The position numbers were made by a program, and so were the translations under genes. Below, piece after piece: positions 25,372-46,519 of a stretch of DNA of 64,000 bases; the first letter of the stretch is position 1; each line of letters starts with the position of its first letter. Location of the stretch: the NCBI GenBank assembly GCA_965644295.1, contig CBFFRP010000133.1:271843-335842 (forward strand). The letters are read 5' to 3'. The DNA comes from Paraphysomonas bandaiensis (taxonomy: Eukaryota; Protista; Chrysophyceae). A model generated the notes under the pieces. It was given only the letters and a program-made list of their open reading frames with translations. It was not told where the DNA came from and did no database searches.

Positions 25372-28300
25372 TTACTTGCCAAGTGGCGTCTTATTGGATC
25401 GCACAATAACTGTCGCCTCTAGCCACGTATACACTCCCACAATATTTTTGAGTTCACAGGAGTAGGTTCCTTCGTGTGACTTGTCTACATTATTCACAAT
25501 GAGATTCGATTTCGTCTCATTGACAAGGGCGATGCCATTACGGAACCATTGGACAGCAGGGGGTGGTGACCCTTCTGCTTGGACGTGTATATATAATTGA
25601 GATGTCCCAGTCGTCAGAACCAGGTGCTTCGGCTTCGTTTTAGATGATGGAGAAACTAAATACATACTTAAACAGATATCAATACTTTAGAATAAACACA
25701 CCTCCAATATTGATATAAATTCTTGACAAAGTCTTGACGATAGCTTCAGAGCTCGGAGTAAAGCACCCCGGCGGTGGTGTCCTACACACGCCCTCGGTAT
25801 TACATAAAGGGTCCCGCTGCCCCCCTTTTACAACCACAAAGGAGTATAATCCCGGTGTCGTGTTGGAGTTAACAGAGTTGAAGGACAGGTAGCCATCATG
25901 GACACAAGTCCCTCGGTCAGTTCGATAGGCCTCTCCATTTTTTAGCCACATTCCATGGAGTTTCTGTGACCCGTCGGTAGTAAGGTAATATAACATGTCT
26001 TGAGCCATTTTGTTCAAACCAACTGTGGCATCATCTCCATCAACAAGCCACATCTCAGCTGCTTGGATGTGTGCTTCAAGCTCTACTTCATCTCCATTGT
26101 AGTCCTCCAGAAATCTAGAATCTATAGAACGAAACAGGGTCAAATATCTCAGCAAAGATAACTTTATACGAAACACTCCTCAATACTTATAACTAATATT
26201 TGTACATTGCCAATGAGACTTACATGGCGTGGAGTTGGATTTTCCATTGGAAATAATTTGCACAATAGGCATATCTTTTGACCATATCGCAGTCCTATTG
26301 CGGTGACCCAAAAAACTCAAGATATTTGACAAGTCAAATACATCACCCGAACAGTACAGGAGAAAATGCGATGCCACCACAACAAGGACACCAACAACTA
26401 CAGCTGCACTTACTACCTGACTCGTATTATATATGATTCTATTTTTCATTATATGTGACGACTGACTACTAGTTCGATTATATATGGATTCTTGTAATTC
26501 TGAGTAAAACAGGTTCGTTAAGGTACTACACGTATAAGCGACAATAGACTTACCTGTTGTACTATCTTTGCTGACTGATTTTTCTAGTGACTCTATAGAA
26601 TCGGTACTTACCCTACAACTGCTTTGTGCCTCAAATATACTACACGATGGCAAGGGTGCAGGAGTAGGAGATTCTCTGACCACGCGGCCTTTCTTCTTCC
26701 TTGATTTGTTCTGTCCTGTATGAAAAGAGGACGGTTGGTCGCCGACTCGACTTTGCATCCTATCAGGTTTCGTCGCAGGGATTAAGGGCGGTTTGCAGGG
26801 CACGCCTTTTTCCCCTGAAGACTGTTGGAATTCAGTGACACATATACGCTGATCTGTTCTACAAGCCAAAGATCTCTTTTCGGAAAATAAATCAACCTCT
26901 CCTTTGGCACACTGCGCAGCACAGTCACCACACTGCTCCGTTTTACATACTTCAGTTCCTTGCTCTGAATACAAATCGTGTTCCACCTCGTTACGGTCGA
27001 CTATGTGATTGTACACCACAGGTATGTCTTCAGGTTCATCGCTGTCCAAATGTATATCTTCTATGGAAACATTACCAGAATCACCTGGGGACGAATGTTC
27101 ACCATCAGTGTTCACTGTTTCCGCATCTCCTCCCTCAGCAGGAGTGGGTATACTAATATCAATAGGTATCGATCGATTCGGTGATGCAGAGCATGTGGGT
27201 AAGAGTGGTGCATGTTTTAGAGCCTCCCACATTTCCTCCACATCGCCGTCCAGTGATGTCTGGGAAATCGGGCAATCGCTAGACTGAGACTGTGGTGAAG
27301 ATATCTGAGAAGTCAGCGAGCACGAGCTTGATCGCTTCCGCTGAGCACTATCGATGGAATCGGCAATACCTTCCGGCGGTCGAAATACAGACATGCTTCG
27401 ATGGGAGCGGTTCCCTCCACCTTGTGAATCACTCGAAAATGACTGAAGAGCGAACGTCTCAAGTGCATAATTTCCTACACAATTTGGGAAGCAGCTACGG
27501 AGGAACGTGAAATCAGGAGAACTGTACGGGTCGCCTGATGGGACAGCAGAAAGTGCAGCTGGAGGGAGAGAGGGGCCGGCTGTCTGCCTTGAAAACGATG
27601 AGTGTTGACCCGATATTGAACCAGAAGATATTGACGGAGCAATAGGTACAGATACCGGGGCCGTTTTGGTGTTTGGAGTAGGAGTACTAGGAGTAGGAGT
27701 AGAGAGACCGGGAGCAATACCCATAACGGGAGACACTGAAAAATCTAATGTGCCAGGCATGTATGTATACGCCGCACCTCCGTCTGCAATCGGCAATTCA
27801 CTCAAATTTGCGCGATCAGCGGGCTTCAAAATAGATAACGTAGCAATAACAGATTCCATATGACTGCAGCCATTCATCAGGGCGGATTTGATCAATTTCA
27901 AGTTACGCCAAGAGACAGATATTCCCAGGTTGTTGGCGGTATCCACGGGATCCACGATATTACAGCATCGCAAGGAAAAGCGGCTAGGCGTAGCGCCGGA
28001 GACAGCTGAATGTGCAGGGCGCTTGTTAGGGGCCATGGCAACATAGACCTTCTCTGCAATCTCTCTGAAAGGGTTCGTGATGGAATGCATATCCGAAAGT
28101 GGTGATTGGGTTCCGTTACGGATTGGAGCAACCCCTTCCAGAGTCACCACGTAGCTATAAATAGGTACGTTAGAAATCGATGAAATACCACGGCGGAACA
28201 TTCTTTACGAAACGCACCCACTGTTCACCAAGTAATACTACACTGCATACATACCTGTCCCACTGGAATCTAGAGAAAATCTGCAGAAAAGCTCGCAGAA

Positions 28301-29202
28301 CATGCAACGGGTGAGATAAAGGTGATTGTCCCTTTCTGTCATCCGAGGGATAGTACACGTTGAATAAATAGAGCGCGAGTATACTGACAGCGTATGATGA
28401 CAACATACCCTCCTTGGATCCAAGGATGGACGTGCCGCAATAACGTACACTCTCGTGTAAGCACCACGCCTGTTACACAAACATATATGAGAATGTTGTG
28501 ACCACGCTTCACATTGTAACATGAGACACTTGCTTAATCATAACTAAAGAAAAAAATGATGTGGCCAGTCCTTATGACTCACCTTTATTAATAACACGCT
28601 CCTCTTATACAGGTGATTATTGCCAATAATCCGATCAGCTTCTTCGAGGAATGTCGCACTTGCTAAGGAGCTGCGCTGGTTTGCTGTTATGTCTAAACTT
28701 GTTTTGTTAACCACACATTTTACAACCCTGATTCTAGCATTCACGAATTCAATACTTTGAATTTTATGTTCCTGTGATTTGAGGTTATGCGCACATATAA
28801 ATTATTTATAGTGAGCCCTACCTCGAAGTCTCGTAGTAACTGCGCCTTTTCATTCTCTTTAATTGCTCCACATAAGCACGAAAATATTTGAAGTATCTCT
28901 TGAAGGTCATCTTTCTCTTCAAACGATTGAGGTGTGAGAACAACGACATCCAAATCACTTTCCGGTAAATAAACACGCAATGGAAAGCTACCTCCCATTG
29001 CCACATAACAACCAACATTGCTCCCCCGAAAAATATCGCTTATATAATTTATGAGGGCTCTGGAGGCAAACCAGTCATACAATGAAGTGATGATACAAGA
29101 GCAAGTGGCATACCTTCTCTGTGAGTTACTCTCCTCTGTGGGAGAAATAGCTTGAATTAACACATCCACATCAGACTCACATATGCTCTCTGCCGCAGAC
29201 AT
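25372..29202 (-). CDS. Pol-beta superfamily nucleotidyltransferase (PAP/OAS1-like non-canonical poly(A) polymerase type) fused to a transmembrane helix and C-terminal Ig-like domain(s), multi-exon
   Basis: GGSFPLRVYLPESDLD, VVKCVVNKTSLDITANQ, HLYKRSVLLIK, LSSYAVSILALYLFN, FSRFQW, NIVDPVDTANNLGISVS; TM VVSAAVVVGVLVVVASHFLLYC (26416-26351); I-set motif AEGSPPPAVQWFRNG...LIVNNV...EGTYSCELKN. Predicted introns include 28821-28772, 26553-26500, 26223-26122 and 25701-25656. Confidence 0.8.
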
Positions 29203-29786
29203 GTTGAGTCAGTGAGGTGGGAGTGTGGATTATTTATTCATCAACTCTAACTAACTATGATAATATTTACAATACCACTCAAGTTCTGTTATGCCTTTCA
29301 AATCGAGTAGATGGTAGAGGGACAAGAATATATTCGGATGTGGAATAGTTGAAACACTGTCGTGTGATGGTGAACTGAATGCGTCGACTCTGAAGCCTCA
29401 TCTCACAAGTATACAAGAGAGCCTATAGAACCATATACTGCTATATACAGTACCGCATATACCATATCCCCATATACGTATGTATACACACAGAATGAAA
29501 CCTTTCCCAACTTTACGTTGAAGATTTCCATTTTGTTGCCTATGCATTTTTTTGATGGTATTATTGGAATATTATGGAATAGCGCCACTTTTTATTCATA
29601 TAGGTCATAAAAATGGCCTTTTGCATGTGGTAGGGTAGGAATTTCTAGATACAACTCCAGACTCCAGAACTTACTTGGAGCTACGAAGACGTACTCCAGT
29701 ACTGGTACTGCTGTACAGGCTGCTGTAAAAAACAACACCTAGAATGTAGAGAGTATGTATGTACACGCATGTATGCCCGTCTCACA

Positions 29787-29937
29787 CGTCTCGGCAGTCA
29801 GCATCTCATTTTGCGGAAATAAATTGAAGTAGAAAACTTCTATATTACTGAACTACAACTACGGCTCGAATACACATCATTATTACCTCAATATTAGAGG
29901 CATCTTGGAACAAAAATAAACGAAGGATGCCGATACG
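29787..29937 (+). mobile_element. MITE R2, copy 2 (151 bp)
   Basis: CGTCTCGGCA...TGCCGATACG; 2-bp TSD CA. Confidence 0.88.
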
Positions 29938-30002
29938 CAGTTGGATATGTACAGCACAGTGGAGATACTGTATATTGGAGGTCGAAAGACAGCTAGGACG
30001 AT

Positions 30003-32395
30003 ATGGCCAGTCACGGAGTGAGTGATGCTGATGATGGAGAGTCAGCTGACATGAGCGGCAGTGACGTTCCTTTCTCGGTTCTCATGCAACAAGCAGCGAA
30101 CATTAAAACCAAACAGAATGAAGTGTTCAGACATCGATACGACTCATGGTATCGGCAGATCATGCGTTAGTTAATGGCTCATCCTGTCAACAGGCCGAAA
30201 TGGTATCAGCATTCGATGTTTGCTAAGGAGGATGTGGCTGCTGTTCGGTCAAGATGTTTTTCTGGTATAAAGTTCTGTTACACTGTCTGCAAGGTCATGA
30301 TGTCTACCATGCCATAGACAAGCTACAGTTTGCACTATCATGCAAGAGTAAAGGAAATGAATTCCTTGCAGAGGGGAAAGAGTATGAGGCGATGCATGAA
30401 TATGAACGTGCAATGAGTGTGTTTAAGTGGGTGGTCAACAAAAAAGAAAACTGGAAAAAGCAAGTAAGTTGATGTTGTGTTTATCAACTTAATCATATCT
30501 ACTCGTATATTATAGTGTGATATCTAGAGTGGCTGTTTTTAATATGTATTCCAGGAAATTGAAGACGAATACTTGGAGGAACACTGCTATGAGCCCTCAA
30601 CCGAACGGGAGAAGCAAGACATCGATGCGATGTTCTGTGCATGTTTACTCAACCTGGCGATAGTGTACCAGAAGCTAAATCAATGGCAGGATAGGTACAT
30701 TATGTTGCTGTCACATATTTCGTAGTCAATATGTGGTGGTAACATGACAGGATTTTCGTGTGTTGTTTGGATACATAATGGATATAGATTGCAACATAGG
30801 ATTGATTGGTGATATGTATCACCCTTCTACTGTTGATTACTATTTACATAATGTATTGTGTTGTCAGCATCGCTGCATGTACTGCAACCCTGGAGATCAA
30901 CCCACAGTCGTGTAAGGCGTATTACCGTCGAGCACAGGTGATGTTCGGAGTATATATTGATACTCTGTATGCCTTATAATAACATGATATCACCCTTATT
31001 GCCTGGTGACTGTGGTCATGTTGTTGGATAATTCAGGCCCGAACGCTTCCGCTATCCTGTGGGTCTACAGATAATGAAATGGCCTTATCTGATCTGAAGA
31101 GAGCATTGACCGTTGACCCCTCTGATACTACTGTCAAGAGGTGCGTTGCAATACCATCATGTATTTGTATTTCACATTCAGTCTTTTATGTTCTATGTTA
31201 TGTAGGGCTTACATGAAATTGAAGAATGAGCTAACTGCTCAAAAACGAAAAGACCTAAAAACATTCGGTGGGCTGTTTGATCGCGGGTTAGTATACACCA
31301 CCGAAGACAATGGCAGCACTAGTTTATCGTTCAGTGATGCCGAAAATAATACAACGAGTATGACATTAGAGGAGGCATTTCAACGTCTACAGGACATGGA
31401 AAGCACTGCAGATAGGTACGACAGAGATGGACGTCGAAGCGAGGCCCATCAGCTGCGAGAACACGCTGCCAGCCTGAGAACTGAACTCGACAATTTTGCT
31501 GCTACTCATGCCCCAAAGCCTAGATCAGAATTTAGTTTGTTGGACGTGGACTTTAGCAACCCCACTCAAGAGATGATTGAGGAAGCTAATCGGGCTGGGT
31601 TGGATATATCAGATCCCAGGTTATCTCAGTTGTTGCTACATTATTTATGTGGCGATAAACCGTGTCTTTTTAACTTTGCGCCTATTATTTAGAGTGGTGA
31701 ACTATATTAATGATCTTCGTGACAACCTGAGGGCACGTCGTTCGGGGTCGCAATCGAGTGGAGATGTGCACCAAGCGATGCAAGATGTGCACTACAAACA
31801 GACATTACAGATGGCGACTCTGTTGTGCGATAAAATGAACGACAAAGAGGTCGACATGATGGTTCAATACAGAATGAAATATGCGAAAGTACATAAAGAG
31901 AGTCCAAAGGAATTGTTGCAGTGGTCAACATGTAGTGATAATGAAAGTAGAATGAAAACTTTGATTGCTTGCGTTACAAGTGATATTCTTGCTATGGATG
32001 AAACCCCTGACACTAATGACAGCAGCGAAGACTCAGCTTTTCCTCAATCTGCATCCCCTGATGCCATATTTGCGATGCTTAATGTAAAGTATGGTCTGGA
32101 CAAAGTGGAAAAGTTTTATAATTTAAAAACAGGTACGCCATTATAAAGCTGTCTGCATGGTAAAATAATTTAATACTTATTTTTAGAAAAAGGTGGATGG
32201 ACGTCGATGATGGTTTTTATTGTTGCTACAGTTTCATTCGTAGTTATATTTGTACTGCCAAAGTATATTCGAATGTGCACAATTCATTGTGAAAGGTATG
32301 ATTGTTCAACTCTTGGTTTTTGCACCCTTTACAGTGTTTTTTATCCAAAAATGTATCAGGAGAGTGTAGTCAGTGACATTGAAAATGAATTTTGA
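30003..32395 (+). CDS. TPR-repeat protein (FKBP-type TPR triad) with a C-terminal hydrophobic anchor, multi-exon
   Basis: KSKGNEFLAEGKEYEAMHEYERA, ACLLNLAIVYQKLNQW, LEINPQSCKAYYRRAQ, ALSDLKRALTVDPSD; last exon hydrophobic MVFIVATVSFVVIFVL. Confidence 0.8.
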
Positions 32396-33269
32396 AAGAA
32401 TTGATAGCAGTTATGAAATAAAATTATTTTCTCCGTATATTATTTTATTTAGAATTTTCATTTCTCTCTCTCTCCTACGCGCTCTTTCTTGCAGTTAGGG
32501 CTGCTTTAATGGTCGAGCAATTCATATTCGTAATCAAGATCTCATAGCATACTCCCAGCCCACACTTAAATAATTCAGGACCACTGTGGAGTAATGTCAG
32601 CAATGTGGTTCATACCTAAAAAGCTGACTCCTCTCAACTCTCATACGCTCTATTACACTTGTACTACGAATAATTTTTACTTACTCAAAAACACAATTAT
32701 TAATATCTGTTCTAATTCACTTAACTCAAACAAAGGAATGTTGGTAGATACAGTTCACAACTATAACGAATTCACAGGACAAATTCAAAGCAACAAAGCT
32801 TACGTAGTTTTCGTTGATTATATAACATATAGAATGACGTTTTTGTACTGATTGCTGAGTTTTGCTGGGTTTTGTACGCAATTAGAGGCTTTTCGTTACT
32901 GAAGGACTGCAATAGTTAAGGACAGTGTTTTATATAAACATAAGCAATTATAAAAGTTAGCTTGAAACACTGAAATATATAATATATTGAATGTATAACC
33001 TTATTGTGTTTATCTAAAATCGTGAAATTTTGGTTGGTAGTAGTGAATGACAATAAATAATGAAAAACTCCTATTATAATTTTAATCAATTGAGTATGTG
33101 TGAATTCCTAGCTCAGGAACTTTTTCCTAATTGTTCAAATGTCAAATATTGATACTGATGATGAAATTATTAATTTACTGCTCTTGTTTGCTGTTGTCTG
33201 CCTATATCAAATCGTAGTAAGCGCCCTCAAGAAAGTCGGACTTGCATCTTTTTGTGGTGTTCTGCTTTC

Positions 33270-33818
33270 TCAACAAAGTCGGACTCGCACCATTTCGTGG
33301 TGTTTTGAGGGATTAGTACCGGACGCGAGCCGCATATACAATCAGCAGATATTATTCTGCCCAGTCATAGCGTCATAGCTCATTGCCAAATGCTTGTGTG
33401 ACACAAGAGACACAAATAAGTGTCACTTCTGTAGACGTCTTTGGGCTTTGACGAATAAACAGTAAACAGGCATCCGGGACAGAGCCCACCTCAAGGGCAT
33501 CCGGGGTATTGTGCTGCCTGCTGAAGTCAAACATCCGGGCTGCTCACCTTAAGGACTCAAATATCCTAAAGTCAGCACATATCAGGTATATCCACACTCT
33601 GCTTGCTCACTGCGTTTGCTTTTTGAGTGATAGAGCGAGAATGATTGCATCTTGGTGCTTGCGGTGATGCACAAGCAGCTTTTGTAGCGTTAAATAGTAG
33701 GACATCAGAGCTAAGCACTAGTTAGCTATATATATTGTTTTGCTACATTAATTTTGACTCTCAAACGCCTATTACTGCTAATAATAAAACATTCACTAGT
33801 ACTCATCATAGCAAGAAC
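33270..33818 (+). repeat. Dispersed repeat R1, copy E (most complete)
   Basis: Colinear with all other copies; ends ...GCAAGAAC as copy F does. Confidence 0.9.
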
Positions 33819-33821
33819 AAT

Positions 33822-34390
33822 TAACATTTGGATGGGTAAAAACTTAATTAACTGAACATTGAACTCGCCCTATAGTTAATCAGTAAAATTATACTCAACA
33901 TCTCTTATCATTCATTAACATTCGCTACATTTACTCTCTCTCAACTACCAATCAAATCTTAGATAGTGACGATCTCTTATCAGCCAAATTCAGCTTCTCT
34001 AATAGCATTCATATCATAATAATATCATTAATTCATGTACAACTGTATTCTTTTATACTATATATCTTGAAATACAACTTTTAATTTCTCCAAACAGCAA
34101 AACTCAACACTCCCTCTCTATTCAAGGCTGTAGTTAAAATCTTCACAACATCAACATCATTATGAGACATAACTGACGGATACGCAACCAATCTGGGTCT
34201 ATGTTTTCTCTTCACTGGTGATATTCGATCTCTGTGCTTCGAACGTATATGAAATACGGGGTTCAAAGCTAAAAGCTAAATCATGAGAGCACTTTGACTG
34301 TCCAGTCACATATATTCTCGAGTGACACTAACTTTTAAGAAGTGCCTCATTTCTCACAAACAGCAAACTCAGCGCTCCCTCTCAATTCAT
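33822..34390 (-). mobile_element. Copia 3-prime remnant: RNase H tail, PPT and 3-prime LTR (33822-34109)
   Basis: ORF 34081-34266 NPVFHIRSKH...DVVKILTTAL resembles the Copia RNase H end; PPT AGAGAGGGAG is followed by LTR TGTTGAG...TGTTA; the PPT/LTR start is duplicated at ~34357-34390. Confidence 0.7.
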
Positions 34391-34418
34391 TGCAATACAA
34401 CATTTAATTGCTTTCAAC

Positions 34419-35997
34419 CAGGGCCTGATAACCATTAATGGCCCATTAATGGTAGTCCAGTTCCCGGTATTTATAATGGCATTAATGAAAAATGTCCCGG
34501 CAATTATAGTGGCCATTAATACCTACTAACTTAAAGTAGATAGCACCACTCATATATAATAGATAGTGTTGTGTACCCGACAGAAATAACGAGGACGAGA
34601 GTGAAGGAACTGATTTTGCACAGCGTGTTCTGGACAGCGCCGAGGTCACCAAGAGAGCTCGACTTGGTACCTATGAGTCCAACTACCGCTGCTTGCTTCA
34701 TATATTGAAGCACAATCTAATGTTGTTGAGAGTTAGTCGTGCAAAGTTGATTATGACACCTGAGCGTAGAAACATGAATCCATATCGTCTAGAATCGTTG
34801 CTATTCCTACGAGCCAATTACATGTTGTGGGATGTTTATACCCTCCATAAAGCCCTGCAAGAAGATCATGATGTGCCAGTAGAAAGCGAGAAGTAGTTAA
34901 AATTTGTAGTCTGCCATTTAACTAAAAATTAGCAATTAACCATGGATGAATCCAGTTTAAAAATGTCTAACTGCTCTTTTCTCATTGCCTGTCAACTCTC
35001 TTTCATCGTTCCCTTAAATTTTAGCCACTGTTTTCTCAAAATTTGCACTGGCAACAATGCTTGCATTCGGGGAATGGTATGGATGCAGCTCTGGAAATTT
35101 TTGTAGCAGCATATCAAATAACTGGCGGGCTTGGTACAAATTGGTTCCATCTCTTCCGAACATACTTATTCTCCACGATAGAAAATGGTTCGTCGTTCAT
35201 AGCTATCCATTCCAGCCACCGAAATAAGTTCCTTGCAGCAGGAGATACTTTCTTTCTTACAAAAGACAATAAATCGCCCCCGTGAAGTCTTTCACTTCCC
35301 AAAATTCTCTCGAGTTCCTCTCGCCAAGAAAAATCCGCATGTTTGGTGCCCTTCTTGGCTATATGATTCACACAAGTCGTGTAACCTCGCTGTATATCTT
35401 GTTGAAGGCGAGCATTGCACAACGAACAAATAAGATACAGAGCACTGAGAGGATTCTCTGAAACCACTCGGAAGAAGACTCTGTAAATTACACTGCCATC
35501 AATTGTTTTGGCCATCATCGTTGCTTAATATGCTGTATATATATATGGTATAAGTACAGAGTATATTACTTCGCTTATTTGTGTACTGGTACTGTAGCTT
35601 CTTTCAACTTTGGGGGAAAATAGTGTTTTTATGAATGTTTCTAGGTGAAATATGCATATTTTCAATGATTATTTTAGAGTTTTTGGGTATATGGGTACGT
35701 TGCTATGCATATCGCTCAGGACACTATTCTCTAACTCTGGAATGCATTAAGAAGATAGTGAACAAGGCTGCCACAGAGTGCCTGTAGAGTTGCATGAACA
35801 TTGTTGTCTAATATTGTTTAGAGTTTCTTCGGGGTTTAGAGGAGATACTATATTCTATATTATCTTAGTAACTCTCAGTTCTATATATAATATATAGCAG
35901 TACAGGTCATTAACGGGATACCATTAATGGCCCATTAATGGTAGTCCAGTTCCCCAGCAATTATAATGGCATTACCATTAATGGTTATCAGGCCCTG
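34419..35997. mobile_element. Non-autonomous hAT DNA transposon (1579 bp) with BED-finger and hAT dimerisation-domain fragments
   Basis: 23-bp TIR CAGGGCCTGATAACCATTAATGG; 8-bp TSD CTTTCAAC / CTTTCGAC; BED-like CSLC...H and LFRWLEWIAMNDEPFSIVEN (35114-35518, -); SRAKLIMTPERRNMNPYRLESLLFLRANYMLWD (34693-34896, +). Confidence 0.92.
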
Positions 35998-36318
35998 CTT
36001 TCGACTAAGCAAAAATAACTAGCACAACGTATAATCGGCGCAACCAATAATATGAAAAGCAGTTACTTGTGTTGATACCGGACTTCAAGGCGATATACAT
36101 TCTTACTTCCATCGCACTTACCACTGCTTGTAGTTATAGTTGGTCGCAGCAAGATTACGTAGAATCAGGTTTCTTAAGACAGTACGATAGCTCGACAACA
36201 CGATAACACAACCCGCTCTCTTTATTTAATGACCTACATAGTTAGGAATATACTTACAGAAAATAATCCATTTAAACTTAATGTTCTCAATTTATAATTT
36301 CAACTGCACACTTCACGA

Positions 36319-44919
<8,601 letters not shown>

Positions 44920-45527
44920 GCAATGCGTCGTTATTAACCGGAACGCAGCACTGCTGACCCATTACAGCTTCTGCAGTTATACAGACATGATCGTCTTTGT
45001 CTGCCTGAGGGACAAATCCAAATTACACTACTTCTACTAACCAAACTACCCTTCCAATTACTGATTCAGATGAGTTGAGTCTGATAGTAGCAGGTGGGAT
45101 TAAAATTGTGTTCAATGAAGTAGAAGCTGCACCACACTACGCTGTATATACATATACATATAGCTATATGACAGATGTAGGATGTAAGATATACAGTATA
45201 CAGAGTGGAGGTATACACAGTACAGTGTACTGCAAATTCGACACCAGTGCTTCTTGTTTTTTTAGCTATATTTGAAGGTGTGAAACTTTTTTTATACTGT
45301 TTTTTAGGTATGTGGACTCAGATATACGAAAATTACTGAGATACGATCGTTTCAACTGTATGAAAACCACGAGATTTTTGCTTAACTGGAAAAAATCAGC
45401 TCTCAAAAAGAAGTCCGAATATTACTGTGTTTATTTTTCAATGCTCTTGACGTCCCTGCTGGAGAGTATGAACACCTCGAGCCATTAGCTTCTTATCTTG
45501 ATTGACTCTTAAACGGGTAATTTTGCA

Positions 45528-46519
45528 ATGCACCTCACTTTGAAAGTTCCTGACTATTCGATCCCTACCGAATCAATATTCCTATATTCCACTCCTAGTC
45601 ATGGTAATGTAGGGCAGCTTTGCACGGATTGCATGATTGCAACACTAGCAGCCGAAAATAAAATTAGATTGGTCGGGTATTGCCATTCCAGCTTGGTTTA
45701 CCCCATGACTGGACACGAAGAGTACTGTGCTGCGTGGGGAACAAGTGTGTGTATGCCCATTGAAGGTAGTTGTGAATATTTATCTACTGTACCAGTTCTA
45801 ATTATTTTGAAGTTTACAGCATTCCATCAACACCATATGTGATTCTACACCAACGAGCACCTTGTATTTCCGGCAAAGAAATATTACTTGCCACCGAAAT
45901 ATTGTCGTTTTTGCAAGGCCTCAAATATCGCCACCTGTTCGTACTTTGCGGCTCCACTACGTCGGGTTTGAACGACGAAATATTGCAGCGGTAAAACTTA
46001 CACATATCTATTTCACGAAGTATCTAATCGCTTTTTTATAGTGGTCGCTTTTTCCAGTACAATACTCCTGTTGCAGAGAAATCGCTGGCCAGCCAGAAGG
46101 AATTTTCCAAGTTTCTACAGGTAACTCAAAGTGTACAGAACACCTCCAGAGTGTGGATTCGTACACCCACACCCACAACGGGTTTAGTTCCCAATGACAG
46201 TGACCATAGTAATCGCAATCTGATGGATGAGAACAGCTTGCACTTTTTCTCACCGGTGCCGGATGCAACAGAGCGTTATGAGATCGACGGGGCTGAGATT
46301 GCCTCTCGTGTAATGGATGCTGCTGCTGACTGTGATTCTGTTACTTGTTTTGGGAGATACTGCGATGAAGGTAATAACCTCGGAGATGGGATAGATTTTG
46401 TGAGAATAGTGTGTGCTGGGCTATGTATATGGGATAATGCAACAGTGAAACTTAAGTTTCCTAAATCGTTTAGTACCCTTTTTGGACGGCCTATTACTGA
46501 CGAGAGTACATTGTTCTGA
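45528..46519 (+). CDS. PSMG2: Proteasome assembly chaperone 2 (PAC2/PSMG2-like), multi-exon
   Basis: SHGNVGQLCTDCMI near the N-terminus; CDEGNNLGDG and PKSFSTLFG near the C-terminus. Confidence 0.8.

Noticed and set aside
26177-26182. In-frame TGA between two same-frame ORFs as selenocysteine or read-through
   Set aside because: A canonical frame-preserving GT-AG intron (26223-26122) removes it; no SECIS evidence
13997-29202. Functional RNA 3-prime-end cluster (PAN3, DUF2828, NTase)
   Set aside because: Interleaved with an unrelated transporter and TEs; chance proximity is sufficient
44920-44962. MGQQCC acylation-like start for the USP gene
   Set aside because: It is out of frame by one base with the exon that splices onward; cannot be supported without transcripts or read checking
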